Part shown: positions 12,202 through 23,581 of the stretch, in pieces
How positions within the stretch are numbered: position 1 is the stretch's first letter
Layout: each line of letters starts with the position of its first letter
DNA from: Pristiophorus japonicus
Lineage: Eukaryota
DNA length: 64,000 nucleotides
Direction: 5' to 3'
NCBI RefSeq assembly: GCF_044704955.1
Contig: NC_091997.1
Span: forward strand, 78,678,001 to 78,742,000
Notes under the pieces: generated by a model
Seen by the model: only the letters and a program-made list of their open reading frames with translations
Database searches by the model: none
What the model was told of the DNA's origin: nothing
Translations under genes and position numbers: made by a program

Positions 12202-15200
12202 CATCATCATAGGCAGTCCCTCAAAATCGAGGAAGACTTGCTTCCACTCCAAAAGTGAGTTCTCAGGTGACTGTACAGTCCAATACAGGAATTACAGTCT
12301 GTCACAGGTGGGACAGACAGTGGTTGAATGAAAGGGTGGGTGGGGAGTCTGTTTTGCCACAAGCTCCTTCCGATGCTTGCGCTTGTTTTCTGCATACTCT
12401 CAGCGACAAGACTCGAGGTGCTCAGCGCTCTCCCGGATGCACTTCCTCCACTTAGGGCGTTTTTTGGCCAGGGACTCTCAGGTGTCAGTGGGGATGTCGC
12501 ACTTTATCAGGGAGGCTTTGAGGGTGTCCTTGAAATGTTTCCTCTGACCACCTAGGGCTCGCTTGCTGTGTAGGGGTTCTGAGTAGAACGCTTGCTTTGG
12601 GAGTCTTGTGTCCGGCATGCGGACAATGTGGCCCACCCAATGGAACATAGAAACATAGAAACATAGAAAATAGGTGCAGGAGTAGGTCAATCGGCCCTTC
12701 TAGCCTGCACCGCCATTCAATGAGTTCATGGCTGAACATGCAACTTCAGTACCCCATTTCTGCTTTGTCGCCATACCCCTTGATACCCCTAGTAGTAAGG
12801 ACTTCATCTAACTCCTTTTTGAATATATTTAGTGAATTTGCCTCAACAACTTTCTGTGGTAGAGAATTCCACAGGTTCACCACTCTCTGGGTGAAGCAGT
12901 TTCTCCTCATCTCGGTCCTAAATGGCTTCCCCCTTATCCTTAGACTCTGACCCCTGGTTCTGGACTTCCCCAACATTGGGAACATTCTTCCTGCATCTAA
13001 CCTGTCTAAACCCGTCAGAATTTTAAATGTTTCTATGAGGTCCCCTCTCATTCTTCTGAACTCCAGTGAATACAAGCCCAGTTGATCCAGTCTTTCTTGA
13101 TAGGTCAGTCCCGCCATCCTGGGAATCAGTCTGGTGAACCTTCGCTGCACTCCCTCAATAGCAAGAATGTCCTTCCTCAGGTTAGGAGACCAAAACTGTA
13201 CACAATACTCCAGGTGTGGCCTCACCAAGGCCCTGTACAACTGTAGCAACACCTCCCTGCCCCTGTACTCAAATCCCCTCGCTATGAAGGCCAACATGCC
13301 ATTTGCTTTCTTAACCGCCTGCTGTACCTGCATGCCAACCTTCAATGACTGATGTACCATGACACCCAGGTCTCTTTGCACCTCCCCTTTTCCTAATCTG
13401 TCACCATTCAGATAATAGTCTGTCTCTCTGTTTTTACCACCAAAGTGGATAACCTCACATTTATCCACATTATACTTATCTTCCATGCATTTGCCCACTC
13501 ACCTAACCTATCCAAGTCGCTGTGCAGCCTCATAGCATCCTCCTCGCAGCTCACACTGCCACCCAACTTAGTGTCATCCGCAAATTTGGAGATACTACAT
13601 TTAATCCCCTCGTCTAAATCATTAATGTACAGTGTAAACAGCTGGGGCCCCAGCACAGAACCTTGCGGTACCCCACTAGTCACTGCCTGCCATTCTGAAA
13701 AGTACCCATTTACTCCTACTCTTTGCTTCCTGTCTGACAACCAGTTCTCAATCCATGTCAGCACACTACTCCCAATCCCATGTGCTTTAACTTTGCACAT
13801 TAATCTCTTGTGTGGGACCTTGTCGAAAGCCTTCTGAAAGTCCAAATATACCACATCAACTGGTTCTTCCTTGTCCACTCTACTGGAAACATCCTCAAAA
13901 AATTCCAGAAGATTTGTCAAGCATGATTTCCCTTTCACAAATCCATGCTGACTTGGACCTATCATATCACCTCTTTCCAAATGCACTGCTATGACATCCT
14001 TAATAATTGATTCCATCATTTTACCCACTACCGATGTCAGACTGACCGGTCTATAATTCTTTGTTATCTCTCTCCCTCTTTTTTTAAAAAGTGGGGTTAC
14101 ATTGGCTACCCTCCACTCCATAGAACTGATCCCGAGTCAATGGATTGTTGGAAAATGACTGTCAATGCATCCACTATTTCCAAGGCCACCTCCTTAAGTA
14201 CTCTGGGATGCAGTCCATCAGGCCCTGGGGATTTATCGGCCTTCAATCCCATCAATTTCCCCAACACAATTTCCCGACTAATAAGGATTTCCCTCAGTTC
14301 CTCCTCCTTACTAGACCCTCCGACCCCTTTTATATCCGGAAGGTTGTTTGTGTCCTCCTTAGTGAATACCGAACCAAAGTACTTGTTCAATTGGTCCGCC
14401 ATTTCTTTGTTCCCAGTTATGACTTCCCCTGATTCTGACTGCAGGGTACCTACGTTTGTCTTTACTAACCTTTTTCTCGTTACATATCTATAGAAACTTT
14501 TGCAATCCGTCTTAATGTTCCCTGCAAGCTTCTTCTCGTACTTCATTTTCCCTGCCCTAATCAAACCCTTTGTCCTCCTCTGCTGAGTTCTAAATTTCTC
14601 ACAGTCCCCGGGTTCGCTGCTATTTCTGGCCAATTTGTATGCCACTTCCTTGGCTTTAATACTATCCCTGATTTCCCTTGATAGCCATGGTTGAGCCACC
14701 TTCCCTTTTTTATTTTTACGCCAGACAGGAATGTACAATTGTTGTAGTTCATCCATGCGGTCTCTAAATGTCTGCCATTGCCCATCCACAGTCAACCCCT
14801 TCAGTATCATTCGCCAATCTATCCTAGCCAATTCACGCCTCATACCTTCAAAGTTACCCTTCTTTAAGTTCTGGACCATGGTCTCTGAATTAACTGTTTC
14901 ATTCTCCATCCTAATGCAGAATTCCACCATATTATGGTCATTCTTCCCCAAGGGGCCTCGCACAATGAGATTGCTAATTAATCCTCTCTCATTATACAAC
15001 ACCCAATCTAAGATGGCCTCCCCCCTAGTTGGTTCCTCGACATATTGGTCTAAAAAACCATCCCTTATGCACTCCAGGAAATCCTCCTCCACCGTATTGC
15101 TTCCAGTTTGGTTAGCCCAATCTATGTGCATATTAAAGTCACCCATTATAACTGCTGCACCTTTATTGCACGCACCCCTAATTTCATGTTTGATGCCCTC

Positions 15201-15670
15201 CCCAACATCACTACTACTGTTTGGAGGTCTGTACACAACTCCCACTTACGTTTTTTCCCCTTTGGTGTTCTGCAGCTCTACCCATATAGATTCCACATCA
15301 TCCAAGCTAATGTCCTTCCGAACTATTGCCTTAATTTCCTCCTTAACCAGCAATGCTACCCCACCTCCTTTTCCTTTTATTCTATCTTTCCTGAATGTTG
15401 AATACCCCTGGATGTTGAGTTCCCAGCCCTGATCATCCTGGAGCCACGTCTCCGTAATCCCAATCACATCATATTTGTTAACATCTAGTTGCACAGTTAA
15501 TTCATCCACCTTATTGCGGATACTCCTTGCATTAAGACACAAAGCCTTCAGGCTTGTTTTTTTAACACCGAGTGTGGTCAGTGCTTCGATGCTGGAGATG
15601 TTGGCCTGATCGAGAACACTGAAGATGGTTTGTCTGTCCTCCAAGGGGATTTGCAGGATTTTGCAGAGGC
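12202..15670 (-). mobile_element. RTE 3' fragment (12202-12644 plus 15569-15670) split by a CR1
   Basis: (cat)n tail at 12202; the peptide VLDQANISSIEALTTL continues as WVGHIVRMPDTRLPKQ across the CR1. Confidence 0.85.
12645..15568 (-). mobile_element. CR1 (HER1-like) LINE with near-complete ORF2 and frameshifts
   Basis: Starts at LKALCLNARSIRNK and runs through APE and RT (FADDTK) to a (ttctatgt)n tail; frameshifts at about 15245, 14110 and 13480. Confidence 0.95.
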
Positions 15671-16224
15671 CACTATTTACCCTTCAATCAACATAACATT
15701 ATCACTTTGCCGTTTGTGGGAGCTTGCTGTGTGCAAATTGGCTGCCGCGTTCCCACATTACAATAGTGACTACACTCCAAAAGTACTTAATTGGCTGTAA
15801 AGCGCTTTGAGACGTCCGGTGGTCGTGAAAGGCGCTATATAAATGCAAGTCTTTCTTTCTAAATGCAAGTTCTCGCTGGTCACTTTTAGCCCATATCACC
15901 ATTGGCTACCTTCCCCATGTTGCCATCATTTTTTGAGTTCAAGTTTTTTGGCAATGTGTGTTGGCAGGCCATTAAATATTGGGGGGCATCACAGTCACGA
16001 TTGACCTTGTCCTCATCACTTCGTACACTTTTGAGGTTGGGTGGTGGAACAGCTGTCAGGAGTGAGATCCTCGGCCTTGAGTTCGAATGTTGGCCCACTA
16101 CCTGTGTCCTGATTGAGATCAACTAACTCAGTAGACAGGGGATTAAAGTTCCTAGTCAGTACAACTCAGCTACTCCCTGCCTTAACTGACTGACAATGGG
16201 TGATTTTATATTGTACATGGGGTC

Positions 16225-16487
16225 GCCCGTTTAAAACAGAGATGAGGAGGAATTTCTCGTGAATCTGTGGAATTCTCTACCTGAGAGTGTTTTGGAAGCT
16301 GGGTCATTGAATATATTTAAGGTGAAGATAGACAGATTTCTGAATGATAAGGGAGTGAAGTGTTTTGGGAGCGGGCGGGGAAGTGGAGTTGAGGCCAAGA
16401 TCAGATCAGCCATGATCTTATTGAATGGCAGAGCAGGCTCGAGGGCCCAAATGGCCTACTCCTGCTCCTATTTCTTACGTTCTTATT
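16225..16487 (+). mobile_element. CR1 3' end
   Basis: NLWNSLP...FKVKIDRFL plus the conserved 3' UTR and tail. Confidence 0.8.
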
Positions 16488-16865
16488 TCGGTTGGCAAAA
16501 AGAAGTTCGTACCGTTGTATAAAGAGAGCGAGAGAGATAAAAACACAAGTAAAGAAAGAAAGTGGACAAAATTCCCTAGCGCCCTGTTTGAGGGTGGTAA
16601 TCAAGTCGAGGCAGCCGCGAAATTGGGGTTACCGCCCCTCACAGGAAATGGAGCGCAATGTCACGCACTCCACTTCCTGTTGGGGCGGATTCGGGGGGGG
16701 CACTCCTCGAGCGCGTTTGGCAATGCCCCTCCCCATCTGTTAAAGGGGAGGGCCACTACACACTCTGCCAGGCCCACTACACACTCTGCCAGGCCCATGA
16801 TGGTCTCCATTTGACCACCAGGGCGGCGTGGTGCCACACAGCCCAGAGGCACGAATGGGAGGTGT

Positions 16866-17585
16866 ACAACAACAACAACAACTTGCATTTATATAGCGTC
16901 TTTAACGTGGTGAAATGTCCGAAGGCGCCTCACAGCTGTATTATGAGATAAAAATTTGACACTGAGCCGCATAAGTAGAAATTAGCGCAGGTGAACAAAA
17001 GCTTGGTCAAAGAGGTAGGTTTTAAGGAGCGTCTTGAAGGAGGAAAGAGAGCTAGAGAGGCGGAGAGGTTTAGGCAGGGAGTTCCAGAGCTTGGGGCCCA
17101 GGTAACATAAGGTACGGCCACCGATGGTGAAGCGATGGAAATCGGGGATGCTCGAGAGGGCAGAATTAGAAGAACACAGACATCTCGGCGGGGGTTGTGG
17201 GGCTGGAGGATATTACAGAGATAGGGAGGGGCGAAGCCATGGAGAGATTTGAAAACAAAGATGAGAACTTTGAAATTGAGGCATTGCTTAACCGGATGGG
17301 TGATGGGTGAGCAGAACTTGGTGCAAGTTAAGACATGGGCAGGCGAGTTTTGGATCACCTGTGGTTTCTGTAGGGTGGACTATGGGAGGCCAGCCAGGAG
17401 TGCATTGGAATAGTCAAGTCTAGAGGTAACAAAGGCATGGATGAGGGTTTCAGCAGCGGATGAGCTGAGGCAAGAGTGGAGACGGGCGATGTTACAGAGG
17501 TGGAAATAGGTGGTCTTAGTTCTGCTGTGGACATGTGGTTGAAAGCTTATTTCAGGGTCAAATATGACACTAAGGTTGCGAACCT
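16866..17585 (-). mobile_element. L2 LINE 3' fragment
   Basis: IQN...K...I...FKVLIFVFKSLHGFAPPYL peptide; (gtt)n tail. Confidence 0.85.
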
Positions 17586-17619
17586 TGTGAAACAGTGGAA
17601 TTTCAGCCCCAAAGACTTC

Positions 17620-17920
17620 AGGTAGTGCCTTTCATGATCTTGGGACATCTCAACCCACTTTACAGCCAATGAAATATATTTAACATGTAGTCAGTGCTGT
17701 GATGTAGGAAAGGCGGCAGCCCATTTGTGCACAGCAAGCTCGCACAAACAGCAATATGACAATGGCCAGATAATCTCTTGCAGTCATATTGATTGAGGGA
17801 TAAATATTGGCCAGGACGCCGGGGAGAACCCCTCCGGCTCTTCTTCGAAATAGTGCCGCGGGATCTCTAACATCCACCTGAGAGAGCAGACGAGGCCTCC
17901 GTTTAACATCTCATTTGAAA
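17620..17920 (-). mobile_element. DeuSINE, partial
   Basis: Deu core and tail on the minus strand. Confidence 0.75.
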
Positions 17921-18412
17921 CTAGCAAAGGCATTCCCTACATTTTGCATGCTTTGGCTACACATTAGCATACAAACAACATTTTGTAACCTGTGAACAAT
18001 GCATCCCAGAAGGTTGTTTGCTTTCAATTAATTAATCATTAAATAATCCTCATAAAACTCCATTGTGGTACTTTGTTTAATTGTAAATTTATGTTTGATT
18101 ATTGGATTACTTATCCAAAGTTTATCACAGGAGGTATGTCTGTTCATGCCTTTCATAAACATGGGCCAAAAGTAGAGTTCCCAAGCACAAAAGGTTTGTG
18201 TTGGATCAGGCTGTAGAATGATGACAAAGTGATTTATGGCCAGATGTACAACTGCCTGTGTGTGCCTTCATTGCTAAATCACCAAGCTTGCATGGACAAA
18301 AGTTGGAAGATTTAGAACTTGGCTGTGTTCCGTGCTAGCAGATCTGTCACGGCGCGCAATACCCCGGGGCTACAGTTACACGAGTGCAACTGGAGGCACA
18401 GTGCTGTGGTGT

Positions 18413-18808
18413 GGCGAGATGCGGTGAATGTTTATGGCAGAGGAGCAGTGAGAGATCCTGGCGGAGGTGCGACAGATGAGGGTACGGGGCCCAGAAGAGC
18501 CGAGGGCCAGGGGCAGCACGGGCCCAGCCCACACTGCGATATGTGCGCGCACTGGGTCCGTGCAGCAGAGCAGGTCTCCAGTCATCCTGGTTAACCCTTG
18601 CCACTGGACCAAGACCTAGCTCTGTCAAGCCCATTTGATGTCTGATGTGCAACGGTCACCACACGTTTAAAAAAATCCACGCACAGGCATCTTCCACCCC
18701 TTCAATTGGAGTTCAGGACTGAAACATCGGGTTCTTCATCGAAACATCTGTGAACTCGTGGAATCAAGTCATCCTCGTTCGAGGGACCACCTATGATGAT
18801 GATGATGT
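18413..18808 (+). mobile_element. Non-autonomous retroposon with an RTE tail (SINE-like)
   Basis: Non-coding body ending in the RTE 3' terminus (caagtcatcctcgttcgagggaccacctatgatgatg); 11-bp TSD tgctgtggtgt; second copy at 40836-41055. Confidence 0.75.
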
Positions 18809-18819
18809 TGCTGTGGTGT

Positions 18820-19818
18820 AGAAGTGGGTGCGGGAGTGGGAAAATGGGGGGTGGGTGGGGAGAGGAGAGGAGGGGTGGGTAGGGGGAGGGATGTGAGTGG
18901 AGGAGGGGTGGTGGTGTGGGGGAGGAGGTGAGGTGGAAGGAGAGGTGGGGGGAGGGATTTGTGTGGAGGAGGGGTGGGGGTATGGGGGAAGAGGAGGGGC
19001 GAAGGAGGAGAGGTGGGGTAGGGGGAGGAGAAGGGTAGGCTGGGGAGGGGCGAGGGGAGGAGAGGTGGCAGGAGGGGTGTGTGTGGAGGAGGCGTGAGGG
19101 GTGTAGGTAGTGGGGTGTGGAGAAGGATGGATGGGGTTGCGGGGGGTGCGAGTGTATTAGGGGAGGGGAGGGGGAGTGGTTGGGAGAGGAGGGTTGTGCG
19201 GGAGGAAGGGTGGGGATATGGGGGAGGAGGGATGGGAGAGTGGGGGAGGAGGAATGGTGGGGAGGGGTTTGGGGTGGAGGGGTAAAGGGTGTGGGGGGTG
19301 GGGAGGAGAAGTGGGGGGTATGGAGATGGCGAGATGGGGAGGGGATGGGTAGCAGGAGGAGGGGTGGAGGGAGAAGGGATGTGAGTGAAGGAGGGGTGTG
19401 TTGGGGGGACGAGAGGTGGGGTTGTGGAGAAGGAGGAGGGGTGAGGGAGGGTTTGGAGAGGAGGGGTTTGGAGAGGAGGGGTGTGGGTTCTGGGGCAGAG
19501 CGGGGAGATGTGGGGAGGAGGGGAGTGGAGGGGTTGTGGAGGAGCAGTATGGGATGTGAGGGAGGAGGTGTGGGGGAGGGTTTGGGGAGGAGGGGTTTGG
19601 AGAGGAGGGGTGTGGGGTCTGGGGCAGAGGGGTGGGATGTGGGGAGGAGGGGAGTGGAGGGGTTGTGGAGGAGCAGTATGGGATGTGAGGGATGAGGGGT
19701 GGGGGAGGGTTTGGGGAGGAGGGGTGGGGTGGGGGTAGAAGGGATCCGAGTGGAGGAGGGGGTGTGTGGGGGAGGAGTGAGGGAAGAGAATGGTGGGGGG
19801 AGGGTGGGGCCGGGGGAG
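18820..19818. repeat. G-rich purine low-complexity tract with an internal ~129-bp tandem duplication
   Basis: Dense GGG runs; tctggggcagag recurs at 19489 and 19618. Confidence 0.9.
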
Positions 19819-20223
19819 TTTCAATTTTCCAATAACATATTTGGAAAGATCTTTGTAAAAATCCACTTCTGAGGCAGTGAAGTGTTTTTTAGTTCCTGCA
19901 AAATAAATCGATGAATAGATAGAGAAACAGACTTTGCTCCCTCTCATGCTACACTTACACAAATAAGTAAATATATCTTCGCATTTAATTTGCGGAGAGC
20001 ATATTTACCCTTACGGTCCCTCTGTTTATTATAGAAAAGGCCAAGAAATCTTTTCGTATCTGCAGGTTTCCTTTTAATGTACTTAAAGAAAACTTTTGGT
20101 AAAACATTTTAGGTTCAGGGATTTTATTCAGAAGGTCTGTCTAAATTTGAGAAATGCTGTAGTCCTGCTAGAATTTGCAACGAGTTTATATGGACGATAA
20201 ACAAATAGAAGGAGTGTGAATTT

Positions 20224-20875
20224 GTCAGCTGGGGATCAGTGGGCAGCACTCTCGCCTCCGCATCCAAAGGTTGTGGGTTCAAGACTCACTCCAGAGACTT
20301 GAGCATAAAAATCTAGGCTGACACTCCAGTGCAGTGCTGAGGGAGTGCTACACTGTCGGAGGTGCCGTCTTTCAGATGACGTTGAACCGAGTCCCTGTCT
20401 GCTCTCTCAAGCGGATGTAAAAAAAAATCCCATGGCACTATTTCAAAGAAGAGCAGGGGAGTTATCCCCGGTGTCCTGGGTCAATATTTATCCCTCAATC
20501 AACATAACTGTTATGTATGTAAACATTACCAATGTGTAAGACTTGCCACCAGGGAGCGCACCTGTGGGAGACCCAAGGGTTACCTGCACACCCTGGGCAA
20601 GCAGGTATAAAAGGCAGTCTACCATGCTGCTTCCTCACTCTGGAGTTACAATAAAGAGACCAAGGTCACAACAGTTTGAGCTTAAGAGATACAGTCTTGT
20701 GGAGTTATTCTAAATGTAACAATAACAAAAACAGATTATCTGGTCATTATCATATTGCTATTTGCTGTGCGCAAATCGGCTGCTGCCTTTCCTACATTAC
20801 AACTCCAAAAGTACCGCATTGGCTGTAAACTCTTTGGGATATTGTGAAAGGCGCTATATAAATGTAATTTTTTTT
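20224..20875 (+). mobile_element. DeuSINE interrupted by a solo LTR
   Basis: A/B boxes, Deu core and tail. Confidence 0.85.
20509..20721 (+). mobile_element. Solo LTR (Gypsy-type), 213 bp
   Basis: TGTTA...TAACA termini, 5-bp TSD ataac, internal TATAAAA and AATAAA. Confidence 0.88.
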
Positions 20876-20989
20876 TGCGGAGAGTGAAATCGAGCAGGGT
20901 GTAAAACTAGCGTGCACCTGATCCCGTCAGTTTCCCGACGGATGGATTGGGTTGAAATTGCTCCCTTTATAACTGTGTACGTTTCCTGT

Positions 20990-21583
20990 CAATGCTACCT
21001 TTAGCGCCGGGCGATGTCTACCGCCTCAAAGTGGGATATTCAGATGTAGCGCCCCAAGTGGAGAGTGGATCGCTAAGGTAAGCTTTCCACACTGCTCCTC
21101 GGGTGCTAACGGAGCCAGAGCGCAGGAGGCCCACTCAATTTTTGCCGCGAGGTTGCCGGCATCCCTGCGGCTGAAGATGGGAAAAAAAAATCCCGCTGCA
21201 AATTTAAATAAACTTCACCCACCACTGCAACAAATAAATCGAAGTTGAAACAGTGAAATTTCGGCCCTTACCTTGCACGGCGGATGATATCGCCCCGGGA
21301 CCATCGCCGCACCGGCTGCTTTCCCCGCCGGTCTCAGCGCCGGGTGCTGCCGCAGGCGGAAGAATCAATTTTGCAAACGCGGTGCTACGGGGATGTTGCG
21401 CACCCGGTGATGTCACCCAGTGGGCGGGGCTAGCGAGCGCAAACTGTCAGCGCCGCCGCTGAACCTTCACTGGAGTTTGCGGCAGGCGCTGACAGCGCAG
21501 CGCTCGGGCAGGAGGTGTTTAACGGCCCCTTAGCGCCCCTCTCTGGCGCTGACGGCGGCGCTAAACAACCGAATTTCTCCCCC
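20990..21583. mobile_element. GC-rich MITE-like element(s), probably Harbinger-derived
   Basis: Ends in gaatttctccccc, similar to the TIR of the MITE at 28438; left boundary uncertain. Confidence 0.45.
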
Positions 21584-22403
21584 CAAAGTTTTCCATATTC
21601 CCATCTGCAATTAAGAATGTGCACCATTGTTTCGAAGGCGCTTGTTTGCCAGGACCCTTTTATTGAGGCTGCAGTGCCAGCCGTGACTCAGTGGGTACCA
21701 GTCTTGCTGTGCATCCTGAAGGTTGTGGGTTCAAGTCCCACTCCAGCGGCTTGAGCGCAGAAATCTAGGCTGACGCTCCCAGTGCAGTATCTCAGGGTAT
21801 CCCCCAAAGCGCTTTACAGCCAACGAGTACTTTTTGGAGCGTAGTCACTGTTGTAATGTAGGAACCGCGGCAGTGAAATTGCGCACAGCAAGCTCCCACA
21901 AACAGCCACTACTGCTGAAAGGTATATGCGAGTGAGCTGAGGTTTGGGATTGGGTTTGCACATACATCTGGAGGATAGCCAATGCCCTTGGAATTGTACC
22001 TCAGTTCAAGTCAGTTCCGTTATGAGGAGGGAGGAAGAGAAGGGAGGAAATAGGAAGATAGTCTCAAAAATAAAAATAAATTCTGGCAAATAGGGCTTTC
22101 ATTTACAAATTAATGTATTTTTTTTGGCCCTGCTCTACCTAGTGTTCTAGTAAGAATGGTAAAACTCTGAATTCTAGCAGAAACGCATGGCTGGCAGATT
22201 CAGCGTAACTTGCCCATTATTATCCAAATAACTGTGCCAGTGGCAATGCTCCTAGCAGGGGAGGCTGAAGGTGACTAAGCTCATTTCTACTTGTACAATG
22301 AAAGCGATGCTCAACGTGTCATTTCTTGTTCAACCGGTGCGGGTTCTGTGTGCTGCCAAACATAATTCGATCTTTCGGCTCAAAAAATAAAATTGCTAGA
22401 AAT

Positions 22404-23581
22404 AAGAAAAGAAAGACTTGCATTTATATAGCGCCTTTTAGGACCATCAAATGTCTCCAAGCGCTCTGTGGCCAATGAAGTACTTTTGGAGTGTAGTCAC
22501 TGTTGTAATGTGGGAAATGCAGCAGCCAATCAAGTTCCCACAAGCAGCAATGTGAAAATGACCAGATAATCTGTTTTTTGTTATGTTAATTGAGGTGTAA
22601 ATATCGGCTAGGACACCAGGGATAACTAACTCCGCTGCTAATCTTCGAGCTAACGCCCTGGGATCTTTTACGCACCTGGAATGGCAGGCACAACAACACC
22701 AGTCCAGGCTAACATCCCCAGCATTGAAGCACTGACCACACTCGATCTGCTTCGCTGGGCAGGCCACATAGTTCGCATGCCAGATTCGAGACTCCTTAAG
22801 CAATTTTTTTTTTTTAATTCGTAGCCAATCTTTCCAATTCTTTGTCAAATCACAAACGCCAGAGGTCACCTTGCACACATCAAGGATCACTCTGCGCCAA
22901 TGCTCTTAGCCAAAAGGCCTAGAGCCACTGCACCGTTCCTGGAAGTACTGCAATACCAGGTTCGTGCCATGGAGGTGGATGGGTCAGGCCCCCCACACAC
23001 CTCCGTGGAGGTGGATGGGTCAAGCCTTAAGCAAATGCTTTATGCGGAGCTCCTTCATGGTAAATGAGCCAAAGGTGGGCAGCAGAAGCGTTACAAGGAC
23101 ACCCTCAAAGCCTCCCTGGTAAAGTGCGACATCCCCACTGACACCTTGGGAGACCCTGGCCGAAGACCGCCCGAGGTGGAGAAAGTGCATCCGGGAGGGG
23201 CGTTGAGCTCTTCGAATCTCAACGCAAAGAGCGTGACGAGGTCAGGCGCAGGCAGCGGAAGGTGTGCGCGGAAAACCAGCCCCACCCATCCCTTCCCTCG
23301 ACGAATGTCTGTCCCACCCGTGACAGAGTCTGTGGCTCTCGTGGCGGACTGTTCAGCCAACAGAGAACTAATTTTGGGAGTGGAAGCAAGTCTTCCTCGA
23401 TTCCGAGGGATTGCGTATGATGATTAACATCTCATCCGAAAGACAGCGCCTCCGACAGTGCAGCACTCCCTCAGCACTGCACTGGGAGTGTCAGCCTAGA
23501 TTTATGTGCTCAAGTTTCTGCAGTAGAACTTGAACCCACAACTTTCTGACTCAGAGGTGAGTGTGCTGCCCACTGAGCCAC
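22404..23581 (-). mobile_element. DeuSINE split by an RTE 3' fragment (~22700-23424, plus strand)
   Basis: Tail at 22404-22677 and head at 23425-23581; the RTE has the QANIPSIEALTTL peptide and a (tga)n tail. Confidence 0.82.
22804..23024 (-). mobile_element. Poly(A) retroposon containing U2 snRNA-derived segments
   Basis: 10-bp TSD ccttaagcaa and A12 tail. Contains cctggtattgcagtacttccaggaacggtgca (U2 3' stem-loop IV) followed by ggccttttggctaaga (U2 5' stem-loop I). Confidence 0.85.

Larger units (their letters stand above)
11942..15860 (+). mobile_element. DeuSINE split by nested RTE and CR1 insertions
   Basis: Head at 11942-12200 and tail at 15671-15860; imperfect TSD ccaatattt/ccactattt around the RTE. 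Confidence 0.8.

Noticed and set aside
18769-19962. 397-aa Pro/His-rich ORF on the minus strand
   Set aside because: It is a product of the C-rich low-complexity strand. The short N-terminal exon-like piece (GTKKHFTASEVDFYKDL) has no donor site and no recognisable homolog.
22901-22985. Functional U2 snRNA gene
   Set aside because: It lacks the branch-point recognition region and Sm site, the segments are permuted, and it has a TSD and poly(A) tail.
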